From positions 62,001 through 126,000 of the forward strand of contig OZ025760.1 in assembly GCA_964019335.1 (NCBI GenBank): DNA of 64,000 nt, written 5' to 3'. The number at the start of each line of letters is the position of its first letter. The first letter of the stretch is position 1. The stretch is from Diplonema japonicum. Taxonomy: Eukaryota > Protista > Euglenozoa: Diplonemea. Below the pieces are notes generated by a model that worked only from the letters and a program-made list of their open reading frames with translations, had not been told where the DNA came from and did no database searches. The translations under genes were made by a program, and so were the position numbers. Of this stretch, positions 12,448 through 24,225 are shown one piece after another.

Positions 12448-12737
12448 TTACATCCCTTCGTAGATCTGTCCAGGGAAGCACTGGTCGAACTGTAGTGTGG
12501 TGGGTGTTGTCAAGTGCTGGGTGTTGAAGAGCATACCGTCTGCTTGGGGTGCTTGCTTTCCCAGTGGGACTTCATCTCAATGTTACGGGCTGTCGCCTTG
12601 AATTCAGTTCTGCACACGCTGCACGGGACCTTGGGTGCTGCGGCCTTCTTCACCTTACCAGACACATCCAACTCAACACCGTTCCTGGCCCTTTCGGCGG
12701 CCTTGGACTTCCTCATGTCTGCGTGCGACTTGCCCAT
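12448..12737 (-). CDS. Small C2H2 zinc-finger protein, copy 3
   Basis: Same coding sequence and intron as copy 2. Confidence 0.8.
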
Positions 12738-12890
12738 TTCTTTTCTTTTCTTTTTTTTTTTTCCCCTTTTCTGTGTGCTTGAAAAAAAAAAAAACCCCCA
12801 CCCATTTTTTTCAAGATCAAAAAAAAGAGGAAAAATAGCACCACCTTGTGACCTTCTTGAGGTTGAAATAACATATTTGCCATTGATTCC

Positions 12891-12928
<38 letters not shown>

Positions 12929-12983
12929 CTTTAAAAATAGACAGAGTGAATCAAGGCCGGAAAAAAAAAGGCGAACAGAATGA

Positions 12984-13847
12984 TTAAAAATCTTCGAGCA
13001 GCTGGGTGAGTTCCCTGCTCTGTTCGGAGTGCGGCCCGCCCCCGAGGACGGCGAAGCGCAGCGCATCTTCAAGGTACCCCCGCGCGAGGCGAGGGTCTTC
13101 CTCGCAGACATAATAAAACCTGTAGCAGTCCGACCACAAGAAGCATTCGTGAAGCCCTTCTTCCATCAACAGTGACCGAATCTCCAAAGGGACCTCAGGT
13201 GTGGAAAGTGAAAGGGTGGGACCTAACGAAAATAAATCAGAAAGGCGAACCCGTCGCGCGTCAGAAGAAGGGGAAGCTGCCGAACACGACTCGCAAAGAC
13301 AAGAAAAATGAAAATTATCCTTGAGTTGTGCGCACCGCTCGGAAGCTGGACACAACAAGTCAATGTAGCTAATAGTGATCTCTGTGCCAATTGGAACATC
13401 TATGCAGGCGTGAAGGGTCGCCGTGCAGCCCCTTACCACAACCTGGCAGTTTGGGTTGCAAGAATGGTTCACCCTGCTTATGGTGAAGAATATCTGGTTT
13501 GAATCCCCGAACCCGTTCGCCACAAGCCTTCCCTCCTTGCTGTCCTCGGCCTCGTTGAAACACAGGTTCGCGAACTCGGGGCCGTTCTTGCCGCCCTCGT
13601 CTTCCTCCCAGATTAGTTCTCCTTGCTTCACCGGCCTTCCTGAAAACATCCCCACACCTGTTGTCTCGGTCACCCGGAGGTCTATCACGGGGTCTCTCTC
13701 AAATTCGTCGCTTTTTATTTTTTCAAAAGGCTCGTTCGTTCCTATGCGGGACACGGTGTGGCCCTCTCCTTCGTCGCACGAGACCACGCGATATTTTGCT
13801 GCTGTGTCATTCTTGTGGGTCAGGATGGACCCTGGGAGGTATCGCAT
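12984..13847 (-). CDS. SET-domain (SMYD-like) lysine methyltransferase
   Basis: GVGMF..RPV..GELIWEE, RVNHSCNPN, EITISY and post-SET CLCESC. Confidence 0.88.
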   Translation of the reverse strand: MRYLPGSILTHKNDTAAKYRVVSCDEGEGHTVSRIGTNEPFEKIKSDEFERDPVIDLRVTETTGVGMFSGRPVKQGELIWEEDEGGKNGPEFANLCFNEAEDSKEGRLVANGFGDSNQIFFTISRVNHSCNPNCQVVVRGCTATLHACIDVPIGTEITISYIDLLCPASERCAQLKDNFHFSCLCESCSAASPSSDARRVRLSDLFSLGPTLSLSTPEVPLEIRSLLMEEGLHECFLWSDCYRFYYVCEEDPRLARGYLEDALRFAVLGGGPHSEQSRELTQLLEDF

Positions 13848-14360
13848 TTCCTTTTTTCCCCTCCCCTGTTAGGATTAAAAAAAAGGGGGGCAAAAAAAAA
13901 AAGAAAAAAAGAAGGAGAAAAAAAAAAACAACATGAAACAAAAAAAAAAAAAAAAAAAAAAAGTAACCACCTCATATCTCTAAAGTGCAAAGGTGTGTCC
14001 GGGGGGAGGGGTGGCCCCCTTTATTTTATTTTATTTTCCCCCTTTATTTTCTTAGTGAAAATCTTCTTTTTTTTTTCCCGTAGAGAAAGGGGAAGAAGTC
14101 GAAAAAAACAAAACAAAAAAAAAACACACAACATTCTTTTATAGCATTTAAGCTGGGTCTTAAAGAAAAAAAAGGGGGGAGACATTACTCGTACACGTTT
14201 TATAGTTTTGGACATTCGCTTCTTCTACCCGAAATATTATCATACATGAAGTGGGGGGGGGGGGGGGGGGGGGGCTTAATCTTGCTGGTTTTCGCAGAAA
14301 AAGTGTCCTAACGAAGTGTTGGGGTTGTGGGGGAAAGTTGGAGATGAAAGAAACAAACAA

Positions 14361-14395
<35 letters not shown>

Positions 14396-14472
14396 CTGTA
14401 TCTCGCCATCTTTTTCTTTCCCTACTTCTTCTAGGGTTACGAAACGAGAAGAAGAAAAAAAAAAAAAATAAA

Positions 14473-14988
14473 TAACTATTTATTGCCAACAAATTATGAG
14501 TCATTATTTAACTCGAGTTCCCGAATTTTTTGCACGAGGGCCTGCAGGGCCCGAGTGCAAAAAAACGGGTAACGAGAGTTAAATAATGGCTCATTTGGCG
14601 GCATTCACTTTTCGTCATTTGAGTCACTCACTCTTCACTGCTTTCACTGCTGTTTTTTTTCACGCAGGTCAGCCTTTTTGGGGAGTTTCTTAAGGTAATA
14701 TGGGGTTGCTATTTCGCCGTGGCATTTTAAGGGGAAGTAAGGCACTTATTCCCACTTTTAAGGGCTGGAATGGCCTCAGATGGCCAAAAATAGTCAAAAT
14801 ACCCCCACCCCAAAAAAACTTTTCAAGGGGTTGGGTGCATTTTTTTCCACGACAAGACCCATTTTTTCACTCTGAAGGGCCATTATTTAACTGCAAAATC
14901 TTATTATTTAACTAGTTAAATAATGGCGATTTCGCGTTAAATAATGAGGCCCCTAGTGAGTGAAGAAAATGACGAAGAGTGAAATAAA
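14473..14988. mobile_element. Non-autonomous Crypton-like element, copy A
   Basis: Starts taactatttattg; long imperfect hairpin centred on gagggcctgcagggcccgag; internal inverted repeat of the right end. Same architecture as the YR-containing elements at 26787 and 31540. Confidence 0.6.
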
Positions 14989-14995
14989 AAAAAAA

Positions 14996-15568
14996 ATAAC
15001 TATTTATTGCCAACAAATAATGAGTCATTATTTAACTCGAGTTCCCGAATTTTTTGCACGAGGGCCCGCAGGGCCCGAGTGCAAAAAAACGGGTAACGAG
15101 TGTTAAATAATGGCTCATTTGGCGGCAAGTAAGTCGTTTTATTTCACTCTTCGTCATTTGAGTCACTCACTCTTCACTGCTTTCACTGCTGTTTTTTTTC
15201 ACGCAGGTCAGCTTTTTGGGGATTTTCCTAAGGTAATACAGGGTAGCTATTTCGCCGTGGCATTTAAAGGGGAAGTAAGGCACTTATTCCCACTTTTAAG
15301 GGCTGGAATGGCCTCAGATGGCCAAAAATAGTCAAAATACCCCCACCCCAAAAAAATTTTTCAAGGGGTTGGGTGCATTTTTTTCCACGACAAGACCCAT
15401 TTTTTCACTCTGAAGGGCCATTATTTAACTGCAAAATCTCATTATTTAACTAGTTAAATAATGGCGATTTCGCGTTAAATAATGGCCGTTTCGCGTTAAA
15501 TAATGGCCATTTCGCGTTAAATAATGAGGCCCCTAGTGAGTGAAGAAAATGACGAAGAGTGAAATAAA
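14996..15568. mobile_element. Non-autonomous Crypton-like element, copy B (head-to-tail with A)
   Basis: Near-identical to copy A, with three ~22-bp tttcgcgttaaataatg repeats near the right end. tttatttcactcttcgtcatt (~15138) is inverted at the terminus. Confidence 0.6.
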
Positions 15569-15761
15569 AAAAAAAAAAAAAAGGAGGGCATCTCCAACAA
15601 CTACAACAAGAACAATCGCCATGATAGGGAGAGAGAGAGAAAGAGAAAGTGTTGCCAACAACTCACTGTCAGCGTGCCTACACCATGATACTTTCTTCGC
15701 TCTTGCGACAAAAAAAAAAATCTAAACATATAAAACTTTTCTTTAAAAAAAAAAAAATATT

Positions 15762-17875
15762 TCACAAGTCCGGCAAAGGACGGGACCGCTGTGGCAGGTC
15801 TTCAACAGTCTTGAAGTAGCACTCAACCTTTTTTTTTTTTTTTTTTCTTTTTTTTTTTTTCATACCGCAAAGCTCGCATCCATATATTTGTTATCCTTGT
15901 CTTTGTTCGCTTTGTCCAGCTCGGCCTTTGTGAGCCGAAGCACGTTTCCTGTTGGGAGGAAGGAGGTGTTGAAGAAGAACTGGAATATCTTGTGAGACTT
16001 CCCCGTCATCCTGTCGAGGTGAAACAACTGCACCTGGATGTCGCCCCTCACCACCACCATCCGCGCGAGCTTGATGTCAACATCCTTCTGCGCCACGACG
16101 TATCTGACGGTGCCTTCCTCCTTCGAGTCGTAGATTTTCTCATTGAGATCACTGGACTGGGGGGAAATTCTGTGCACCACCAGGAAGGGATCGCACCCTC
16201 CATCATGATACCGCGGGGTTACGGTTAGCCTTAAAAATTGAAATATCACAGCTCTCTCAGGTGGGTGGACACCTGCGTGGTTTAACAACAGCGAGTTGAA
16301 GTAATGGACGTAACGAATCTGAGAAGGGATTGTGACGCCCTTCCCGTCGCTCGTCCGCTGGTTGCCGTAAAGAGTCAGCGATTCCTCCGCTGTTTTCACC
16401 AAACCACTGTATAGTAAATACGCGCAGATCATGGTTCCTGTCCGGCCTTTTCCCGCCTTGCAGTGTATCGACACCACCGCGTTCGGGTCGCTGTCTAGAA
16501 ACTTCTTAACGTCCTTGCAAAAAACCATCATATGGGAAAACGGTGGTGGGCAGTGGTCGAAAAACGGGTATCTAACGTGGTTCCCCTTGAACCTCGCGAG
16601 CTCGTAGGTCCGTTCCTCACACAAATTATAAATCTTGTAGCAACCCGGGTGGTTCTCCTCAAAGAAATCTTCCACCACCTCCATCCTGTTACGATAATAC
16701 GCTTCTTTTCCAATCGCGGGAAAACCCATTGCGATTATACTCGGGGTGATGTACGTAAGGTCCAAGTCGTACCCGTTCTCTTGGTATCTGATTTTCTTCT
16801 TGGACACCAAGCCTCGGATGTGACGAGACGGAAGCAAGCCACGTTCGGACTGTGCGGTGAAACCGCGTTTTCTCGTTTGAGTGTTCGACCTACCGCGTGA
16901 CGGTTTCGGTGCATCGTGAGGAAGAGAAAGGTTCGCAAGTGGGATTTGAACCTCCGATACAGATTGCGTCGTCAGAAAATCAACGGACCCCGGAAGCCTA
17001 TGTGTGTGGGAATGCGTTAAATGCACCACTAAAAAATTACCGTCCATCCGTGTGTCGGCGGTGGTGGCGGTTGTTGTGATATTCTGTTTTCGGACGGTAT
17101 TTCGCCTGCGAACCTTGTAGGCTTTCCCCCTCGCCGACCTTACTATTGATACAGGTTGTTTTTCATCATCATCTCTATCACGGTCACCGCTCTTCACAAC
17201 CTCAAGCACACGGGACAGAGGAAGCATCTCAATCTCAACTCCTTTTTCCGTACTAACATGTTCCCTGACGTAATCAAAAGCCCGAAGCGGGACGTCTCCA
17301 TATAGGTACTCGGAGTGCGGGAGATCTAAATCGTACAAACGTAAAACGTACCTGTCCGGGTCCACCAGGAACGAGTACCGTGAAGAGAGCTTCTTCGCGA
17401 CCGTGAGCTTCGCTGTGCTCGCTGTGATATACTTCGGGAGGAGGAATTTTGTGCGCACGTTGACATTTTCGCGTTGAAAAATGAAGGTTAACAGGATTTT
17501 GTCGCATGATGATGTGGGGTCGTCTTCAGAGGTCGATGCCTCGTGCACTATAGAGGTTGTGAAGGTTGAGCATCTGAGGTGTCTTTCTAACAAGGAGCAC
17601 GACATTTGGTCGTCTTCTCCGCTGCCGTCTTTTAAGGTGGTCTCTGGGGAGCGGAGGGACACCTTTGTGTCCTCCTCTTCTTCTTCTTCTTCTTCTTCAT
17701 CGTCGTCATCTTCTATTGTCCACCGTGAACCTGTAGCTCCGGTCACGCTTCCCCCTAGCAGGCTGCCTCGACCGTTCAACGGCAGTGCTGGCTGAGACAG
17801 CAACGAGCTCCCTAAAAGACCCTTCTGATACCCCAGTACCGGGCTCCCCAAGCTTAGGTCCGTCGTGTTGAACAT
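15762..17875 (-). CDS. PTEN: PTEN-family phosphoinositide phosphatase with long N-terminal extension, 2 exons
   Basis: VSKKKIRYQENGYDLDLTYIT, FFDHCPP, HCKAGKGRTG, TIPSQIRY and a C2 domain. Intron 15828-15865 restores FA/VECYFK. Confidence 0.92.
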
Positions 17876-18105
17876 TTGATCATATTTCGCATCTCGCGCG
17901 TGAATTTTTTTTTTTCTTTCTTTTTTTTTCGGGAATGGGGGTTGGGAAGAGAAAAAAAAAAAAGAAAAAAAAAAAAAAAAAAAAAAAAAGGAGGTGGGGG
18001 AAGGAGGGGATGGGGACAAAGAGTTCATGGAAGGTGATAAAAAAAAGATAAAATCTTAGAAATAAAAAGAAAAGTGGGGAAGGGGGGGGGGAGAAAAGGA
18101 GAAAG

Positions 18106-18140
<35 letters not shown>

Positions 18141-18381
18141 AAAAAAAAGCCCATGAAAAGAAAAGAAGAAGAATCTTGGACATGCGTATCGGGTTTTTTT
18201 TTTTTTTCCCCATTCATTAAAAAGGATACTACGGAAGAGAACAAGGGGAGAAGAAAGAAGAAGAAAAAAAAAGAAGAAGAAGAAGAAAAAAACTAACCTT
18301 TCTTTTTATCATTTTATCACAACTCCCCCGAACTCTTTTTCTTTTTTTTTGTAGAAATAGGTTTTTTTGTCTTTGTTTTAA

Positions 18382-18652
18382 CCCCTAAACGCCCGGGTAC
18401 CCCACATTTTCATTGTTGCTTTGAATGCTAAAAAACTGTTCAAAAAAGACTAGAACCACCCAGAGGTGGTCCTGAGCCCACCTTTTCACAGAAATGATAT
18501 GTTTCGGGCCTTTGGGAGTATTTCACCCGCCCAAGCATCATTTTCAGTCCCTCTTTCGACCCTCCTCATCGTCTTTTCCTTTTTTTTTTTTTTTTTTTTT
18601 TTTATTTTGACTATCTGATTTCAATTTACGCTTGGGCGTGGGCGTTTAGGGG
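18382..18652. mobile_element. piggyBac-like MITE
   Basis: 13-bp TIR cccctaaacgccc / gggcgtttagggg, flanked by ttaa and ataa. Confidence 0.6.
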
Positions 18653-19067
18653 ATAAAGAGGAGGGGGGGATGGGACAGGGCATTCCAGCTAAAGGAGAAA
18701 GTGATGACAGTCAAGAAGAAACGAAGAAAAAAAAAAATGTAGCTTATTCGCTCAGCTAGGTGGCTCCATGCGGCAAATGCTACACAGCAAGGGTCATCAC
18801 TTTCCCCCTCTTCCCTCCCCTTTCACAAAAGAGGGGGAGTCCTTAACCCCAAACAAAGTCAATACTGTAAAACGTAAACTTTTGTAAGGAAAATAAGACC
18901 GCGAAGACGAACTTAGGTTGTTAAGGTCCGGGACCTTAGGGGGGGACGCGCACCATCACCGTAGGGAGATCATCGAAAGGAAGAAATCACTAGAAAGCTA
19001 CGGACGGTTTTTCGTTTTACAGCATTTTCGTAAAATACAGCTGCCCCAAAACATTTCTTTTCTTTTT

Positions 19068-19105
<38 letters not shown>

Positions 19106-19485
19106 TTTTTTTGATTTTATAATTTATTTATTTTAAATTATATAACAAGTTGTTTCGTGTTCATCGTGTAAATCGGGGGGAAAAAAAAAAAAAAAAAAAA
19201 AAGGGAGCGGGTTTAAAAAAAAAAAAAAAAGAAAATAACAAGAAGTTGACTAAGTTTGTAACTTATAATTGCCAATAAGGGAGCGTTTCTGATTATCAAA
19301 AAGAAGAGTATCCACACAAACGAAAAGGTAAATCGCCAAATGGCAAGCTAGGTCACTAGTCTGGTAAAGAAAGAAAGGAAAAAAAAAAGTAAAAACAAAA
19401 GGGGTGAGGGGTACAGGTTAACGCATCCTCTTCAAAAAAAAACAAAGAAAAAAAAAAAAAAAAAAAACCACCCATCCTCTCTTGT

Positions 19486-19518
<33 letters not shown>

Positions 19519-21491
19519 CTGAGGCATCTCTCTTATCTTTATATAGATCTATAAAAGCACAAGAGAAAAGCAATTGGAACTCAAGAGAGAAAAGGGGAAA
19601 AAAAAAAAAAAAGAAAAAAAAAAGAATAGGTACTGCAGGAAAACCCTCCAGAAAACAAAATTGTACAAATCTTGGGGGGGGGGGCAAAAAAGGAAATAGA
19701 AAAACCTTGACAGAAAAACTCATGTCTAGAGAAGAGAGAGTGTAGAGTGTTTGACTATATAAATTGTTTTGGTGCACAAGCAATTTTTTTTTTCCCCTTT
19801 TTTTTTCCCCTCCCCCCAAGATCAGTGGAGCGGTGACTAAATGTGTTTTAGTACTTTTTCCCCCTTTGCAGCCCCCCCCCCCCCCCCCCCCCCACTAGGA
19901 AAGTTATAGACAAAAAAAGAACCCCGATGAAACTCTATTGCAGAAACATAACGTGTATCTCCCACCCGCCTCATCTGATGAGAGCAGGATCTTTGAAAAT
20001 CTTCCTTACACTAAGCCCCCTCCCCCCCCCCCCCCCCCCCGATTGACCTTTCGGGCATCGGAGGGGGAGGAGCTCGCTTTTGAGTTGAGAATGGGGGAAA
20101 TCAAGCGCAAACAAAAAAAAAAAAAGAAAAAAGGCGGAGAGGGAAAGGGATTTAGAGTGTACGTTTAAGCCTTTTTTTTCTTTTTTTAAAAAAAAAAAAA
20201 AGAAAAAGCTCCGTACTTACTTTTTTGCAGAAGGGGAGGGGGGGGTGGGGGGGGTTCTTGTTTAATAAACGAATAAAGTACAGAAAGGAAAAAAAGGGGG
20301 GGTATTTTTCTTTCTTTTTTAAAAACCCACTAAGGAACCAAGGTACTGGCTAGATCAGTCAATAAAGAAAAAAGAAAAAAAAAACCCCCCTCTCAGCAAG
20401 TGCTGAAAGAAAATAGTGTTTACCCTAGTTCTTTTTTTTTTTTTTTTTTGGCTAAAAAAAAAAAAAAACAAGCAGCGGTGTTTTCATTGGGTTAAAAAAC
20501 TAAATAAGAAATAAAAAAAACCGAACAATCGCAAAGAGAAAAAAAGGGAGGGAGAAGGGGGGGGAGGGCAAGCAGGGAAAGGGAAGTAAAGGCCAGAGTG
20601 CCGCCCGCGGCCTGTGCCCAAAGCCGTAAATTAACTTTAAAAAAAATAATGTATTGAGCTCTTAGAGTAGAGGCCAGCATGACAAAGCCAGGTAGTATTC
20701 GAAAAAAAATATAAAAAAAAAACCCCCCCTAGGTTTGTTTTTTTTTCTTCTTTGAGCAATTCATAAATAAAAGATGAAGAAAAAAGGAAGGGGTTCTATT
20801 TTTTGAAGCATCTTTTCATATCTTATTTCTTTCTGGAAGAGGGGAAAAGGGGAAGGTACTATTTCTATCCCCACTGGCTACAGGATTGACCTGGACCAGC
20901 CATAGTCGATGTCTTCCTAACTTTCTTTTTTTTTTTTTCCTTCTACTGTACTGGTGTGTTCTTCTGTTTCAAAAAAAAAAAAAAAAAATTGTTCTCCATA
21001 TCTTTACTCATCCTTCTAGAGGGATGTAACATAATGGGCAGATTAGTTGGTTAAGGTAGACTTTCTAGCAAGAGAGCTGCTGGGTCTTACCTTCCAGACG
21101 ATGAACTAATAAGCAAAAAAAGAAAAAAATAAAAAAGACATGAAGGGAGTAAAGAAAAGAAAAATTTTGCACACCCAGCAGTAAGTCATTCATTCAAATA
21201 GCTTTTTATGTACAGCGAAAAAGCCTGGTGTAAGGGGAGAGGAGACTAACTGTTCTTTCCAATGGATAGTCCTTAGCACCGATACAGAGAAGATAGAATA
21301 AGAAAAAAAAAGTAAAGAAAAAAAATACTCCCCCTTGCCCAAGCAGTCAACTTTTGTTCTTTTTCTTTTTTTTTTAAATTATTACGGGTGGTGGGGGAGC
21401 GGTCAAAAGAAATCTTACAATATCTAGAAGCCCTACCGACACCCACCCACATCATCTTACTTCATCGTTCCTTGCACGAAAGGAAGGACGT

Positions 21492-23779
21492 CTAACTCCG
21501 CTGAACTGTTGGTTGATTAAAAAAAGTGGGAGTGCGAAAAGGAGGGAAAAAAAATTTATACCTCATGCTTCCTATGGATCTGTGCGAAATGCGTTTTTCC
21601 AACGGTGAAAGTTCGGGGGAGGTAGGGCGCATGTCAAGATGCCATGCGTTTTGGGATTGCTTTTCACCGAGGCTGTCGAGGTGCGGGAGGGGATGGAGGG
21701 ACCCTCTTCCTGGAGATCCCATGGTGCGGGTCGGGGAGTCGATGGGAGAAAACCGCCTACATTTCTGAACGGGGTTGAGAGAGGAAGGGGGCGAAGGAGA
21801 CAAGAGAGGACTCGTAGCCAGGAGTCTGCGTTCTTCTCTTGCAAGCGTCGCGCGCCGCAACCGCAGTTTAACCTGGACTTGTGCCGTGTACCTTCTGATA
21901 TACGCACGGGCTCTTGAAGTCATTGGTTTTGGTAACACTGAATTAACTGTCCCACTTTGGAAAGCGTTCACCACATCATCGCGACTGATACATATCGCAT
22001 CGCCTTCGAAGCTTGGATGCCTCGCGCCCTCACATGCCACAAACGGGTGAACTTTCAACTGGTCTAGTCCCATTCTGTTCTTCGGGCTTTTATTCAACAT
22101 CACCCTCATCAGGTTCTTGACGTCCGGATCCGTTCCCAGCGGGATGAATACCGCGTCGTTCTGTATCCTGTTCATAATCTCTATCTTCGTGTCGCCGCTG
22201 AAGGGCACCGTTCCCATCAGAAGCACGTAAACAGTCGCACCCAGCGCCCAGATATCGGTGGCCTTTCCTTGAACATTCGCTGAGCCTATTATATTTTTTT
22301 TCGGCAATTTGACAAAGGTGCCGAAATTGAAAAAAGAATCGCGGACGGCAGGATTTGAACCTGCGCGGGCAGAGCCCAATGCATTTCGAGTGCACCTCCG
22401 TAACCACTTGGATACGTCCGCTGACAAGCCAGCGGCGCGGGAAAATCTGATTTCTTATCAGGCATACCTTCACAAAGCTCCGGCGGTAGGAAATAGGGGG
22501 TGCCTTCCAAGCCTTCGATTTGGTCGTCACCATCATTGATGATGGCTGAGACACCGAAATCGCAGAGGAAACAGTTATCGTTGCAGTCGAGAAGGATGTT
22601 GCTTGGTTTGATGTCCCTGTGCACAATGTTGTGCCGGTGGAGGTAGGAAAGAGCGGAGGCGATCTGGCGGAGGTACTTTGCGACCCTGTTGGGAGGCAGG
22701 GGGGTGCAGGTGCCTTCTCGCGAGAGCTCCGCGATGACGCCGCCGTTGATGTAGTCGAGGAGAAGGTACATTTTGTTTGCGGTGGGGTCGTCGATCACTT
22801 CATACAGGCGCACGATCCTGGGGTGGGCGATCTTTTTCATGATCGCCAGCTCGACCCTCGCCTGCGCCATGTAGTTCCCGTGAAAGTGCCTCATTTTCTT
22901 GAGGCGCTCCTTGTTGATGATCTTCAAAGCGTAACCTTTTGAAGTGTGATCGTCGCCTTTCACAACCAACTTTACTTTTGAATACGACCCTGCCCCAAGG
23001 TCCCCCAGAACAACGTAGTTGTTGATCATTTTGTTTCCGTCCGTGTCCTTGCTTTTGCTCAAACGGTGCGTCTCAACGACTCTGTGGTCCGAGATGGAGG
23101 CGAAGGAGTCGAACCTCTCGCCCCTCGCAGGGGAGGGCTCAACTACTAGCTCAGGAATGAAATCCATGGGGATAGGTTCATCGGGGCTCATTGCACCAGG
23201 TTCACCGAATCTGAATCTGTTCAAGCATTGCGGCGAACGTGGGGTCTCCGCCGCCTCAGTACTCACCTGGCTCACAGCAGGCGGCAGCTCTAGACAACAC
23301 TCATCTTGGAACGGAGCCGAATCTTCGTTTTCCTCCGTGACCAGTTTGAACGACCCGTCACCGTTCGCCTTGAATTTCCGTTGTAACGGAAAATGAGGGG
23401 TCGGGGGATCGAGGTTCATAAACTGCCCCATTTTCAACTTCCCCGCCAGCCTTTCTGTCTCAGCGGTTTTCTCAGGCACCACACAAAGCGCCCCCGTCAC
23501 AGTGTTCCACAGTTTTTTTGTGATAATTTCCCGTTCGTCGGCAGACGCCGTGCGGTAAAAATCGTCAAACTCTGGGATCCGAGCTCTGTTCCCGAAGCTG
23601 CACTGCGGGGAAGCACCGGCCATCACTCCGGACCACCCTGTCTGTATCACTGAGCACACAGCCTCCAACCCTCGTATATACCCACCCAAACCATGCGGAG
23701 ACCCTTCATGGTGCCGGAATGAACTGGCACCAAAAATGGGCGAAGGGGGCATCGAGGTTTCCATTGTTGTGTCTCTCAT
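21492..23779 (-). CDS. CAMKK/SAK1-like Ser/Thr protein kinase, 2 exons
   Basis: GAGSYSKV, YALK, HRDIKPSN, DFG and GTPYFLPPE. Intron 22286-22467 joins ELCE-G-SANVQGKATDIWALG. Confidence 0.9.
22340..22421 (-). tRNA. tRNA-Ser(CGA), inside the kinase intron
   Basis: GCGGACG acceptor stem paired with CGTCCGC, CT-CGA-AA loop, long variable arm, GGTTCAAATCC T-loop, G discriminator and downstream T6 terminator. Confidence 0.93.
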
Positions 23780-24021
23780 AGTCTCAGAACAAAAAGAAGA
23801 AGAAAAAAAAATTCTTCTTTTTTTTTTTTTTTTTTTTTTCTTCTTTCCCGTTTTTTTTCCTCTTCTTTTGCCCCACCCAGGCTGTTGCAATGATGTTCTT
23901 TTTCTGTCTCCGAAAGGTAATAACAAAAAACTGGAATAAAGGGGGAGGAGGAGGGAACACATTTTTCTTTCTTTTTTTCCTTTTTCTTTTCCCCCTCTAT
24001 TTTTCGTTGGATAGGATAAGA

Positions 24022-24178
24022 CATAGTATCCAGGGTTAACCGATCACCCGCTGGTTTTTAATTACAATCGGGTTTTAAATTGACGTCAAATGAAATGAAA
24101 GGCGAGCATGCAACCATGCTTAAAACCCTTCTATATGTTTCAAAGCCCGAAGGTGATCGGTTAACCCTGAATACTATG
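24022..24178. mobile_element. 157-bp MITE with CATAG termini
   Basis: 27-bp TIR catagtat(c/t)cagggttaaccgatcacc with one mismatch; 6-bp direct repeat ataaga on both sides. Confidence 0.8.
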
Positions 24179-24225
24179 ATAAGAAAGAGAGAAAAAAAAA
24201 AAAAAAAAAAAAAAAAACTGGATTT

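Noticed and set aside
15455-15530. Short direct repeats resembling a CRISPR array
   Set aside because: Adjacent tandem 22-mers without unique spacers, inside a transposon in a eukaryotic context.
18860-19030. Imperfect 18-bp inverted repeat (ctgtaaaacg / cgttttacag)
   Set aside because: Too short and degenerate, with no TSD, to call an element.
22289-22467. Apparent frameshift or pseudogene in the kinase (and in EML, OGDH, CNNM, syntaxin)
   Set aside because: Canonical GT-AG introns restore conserved frames, so no recoding or editing needs to be invoked.
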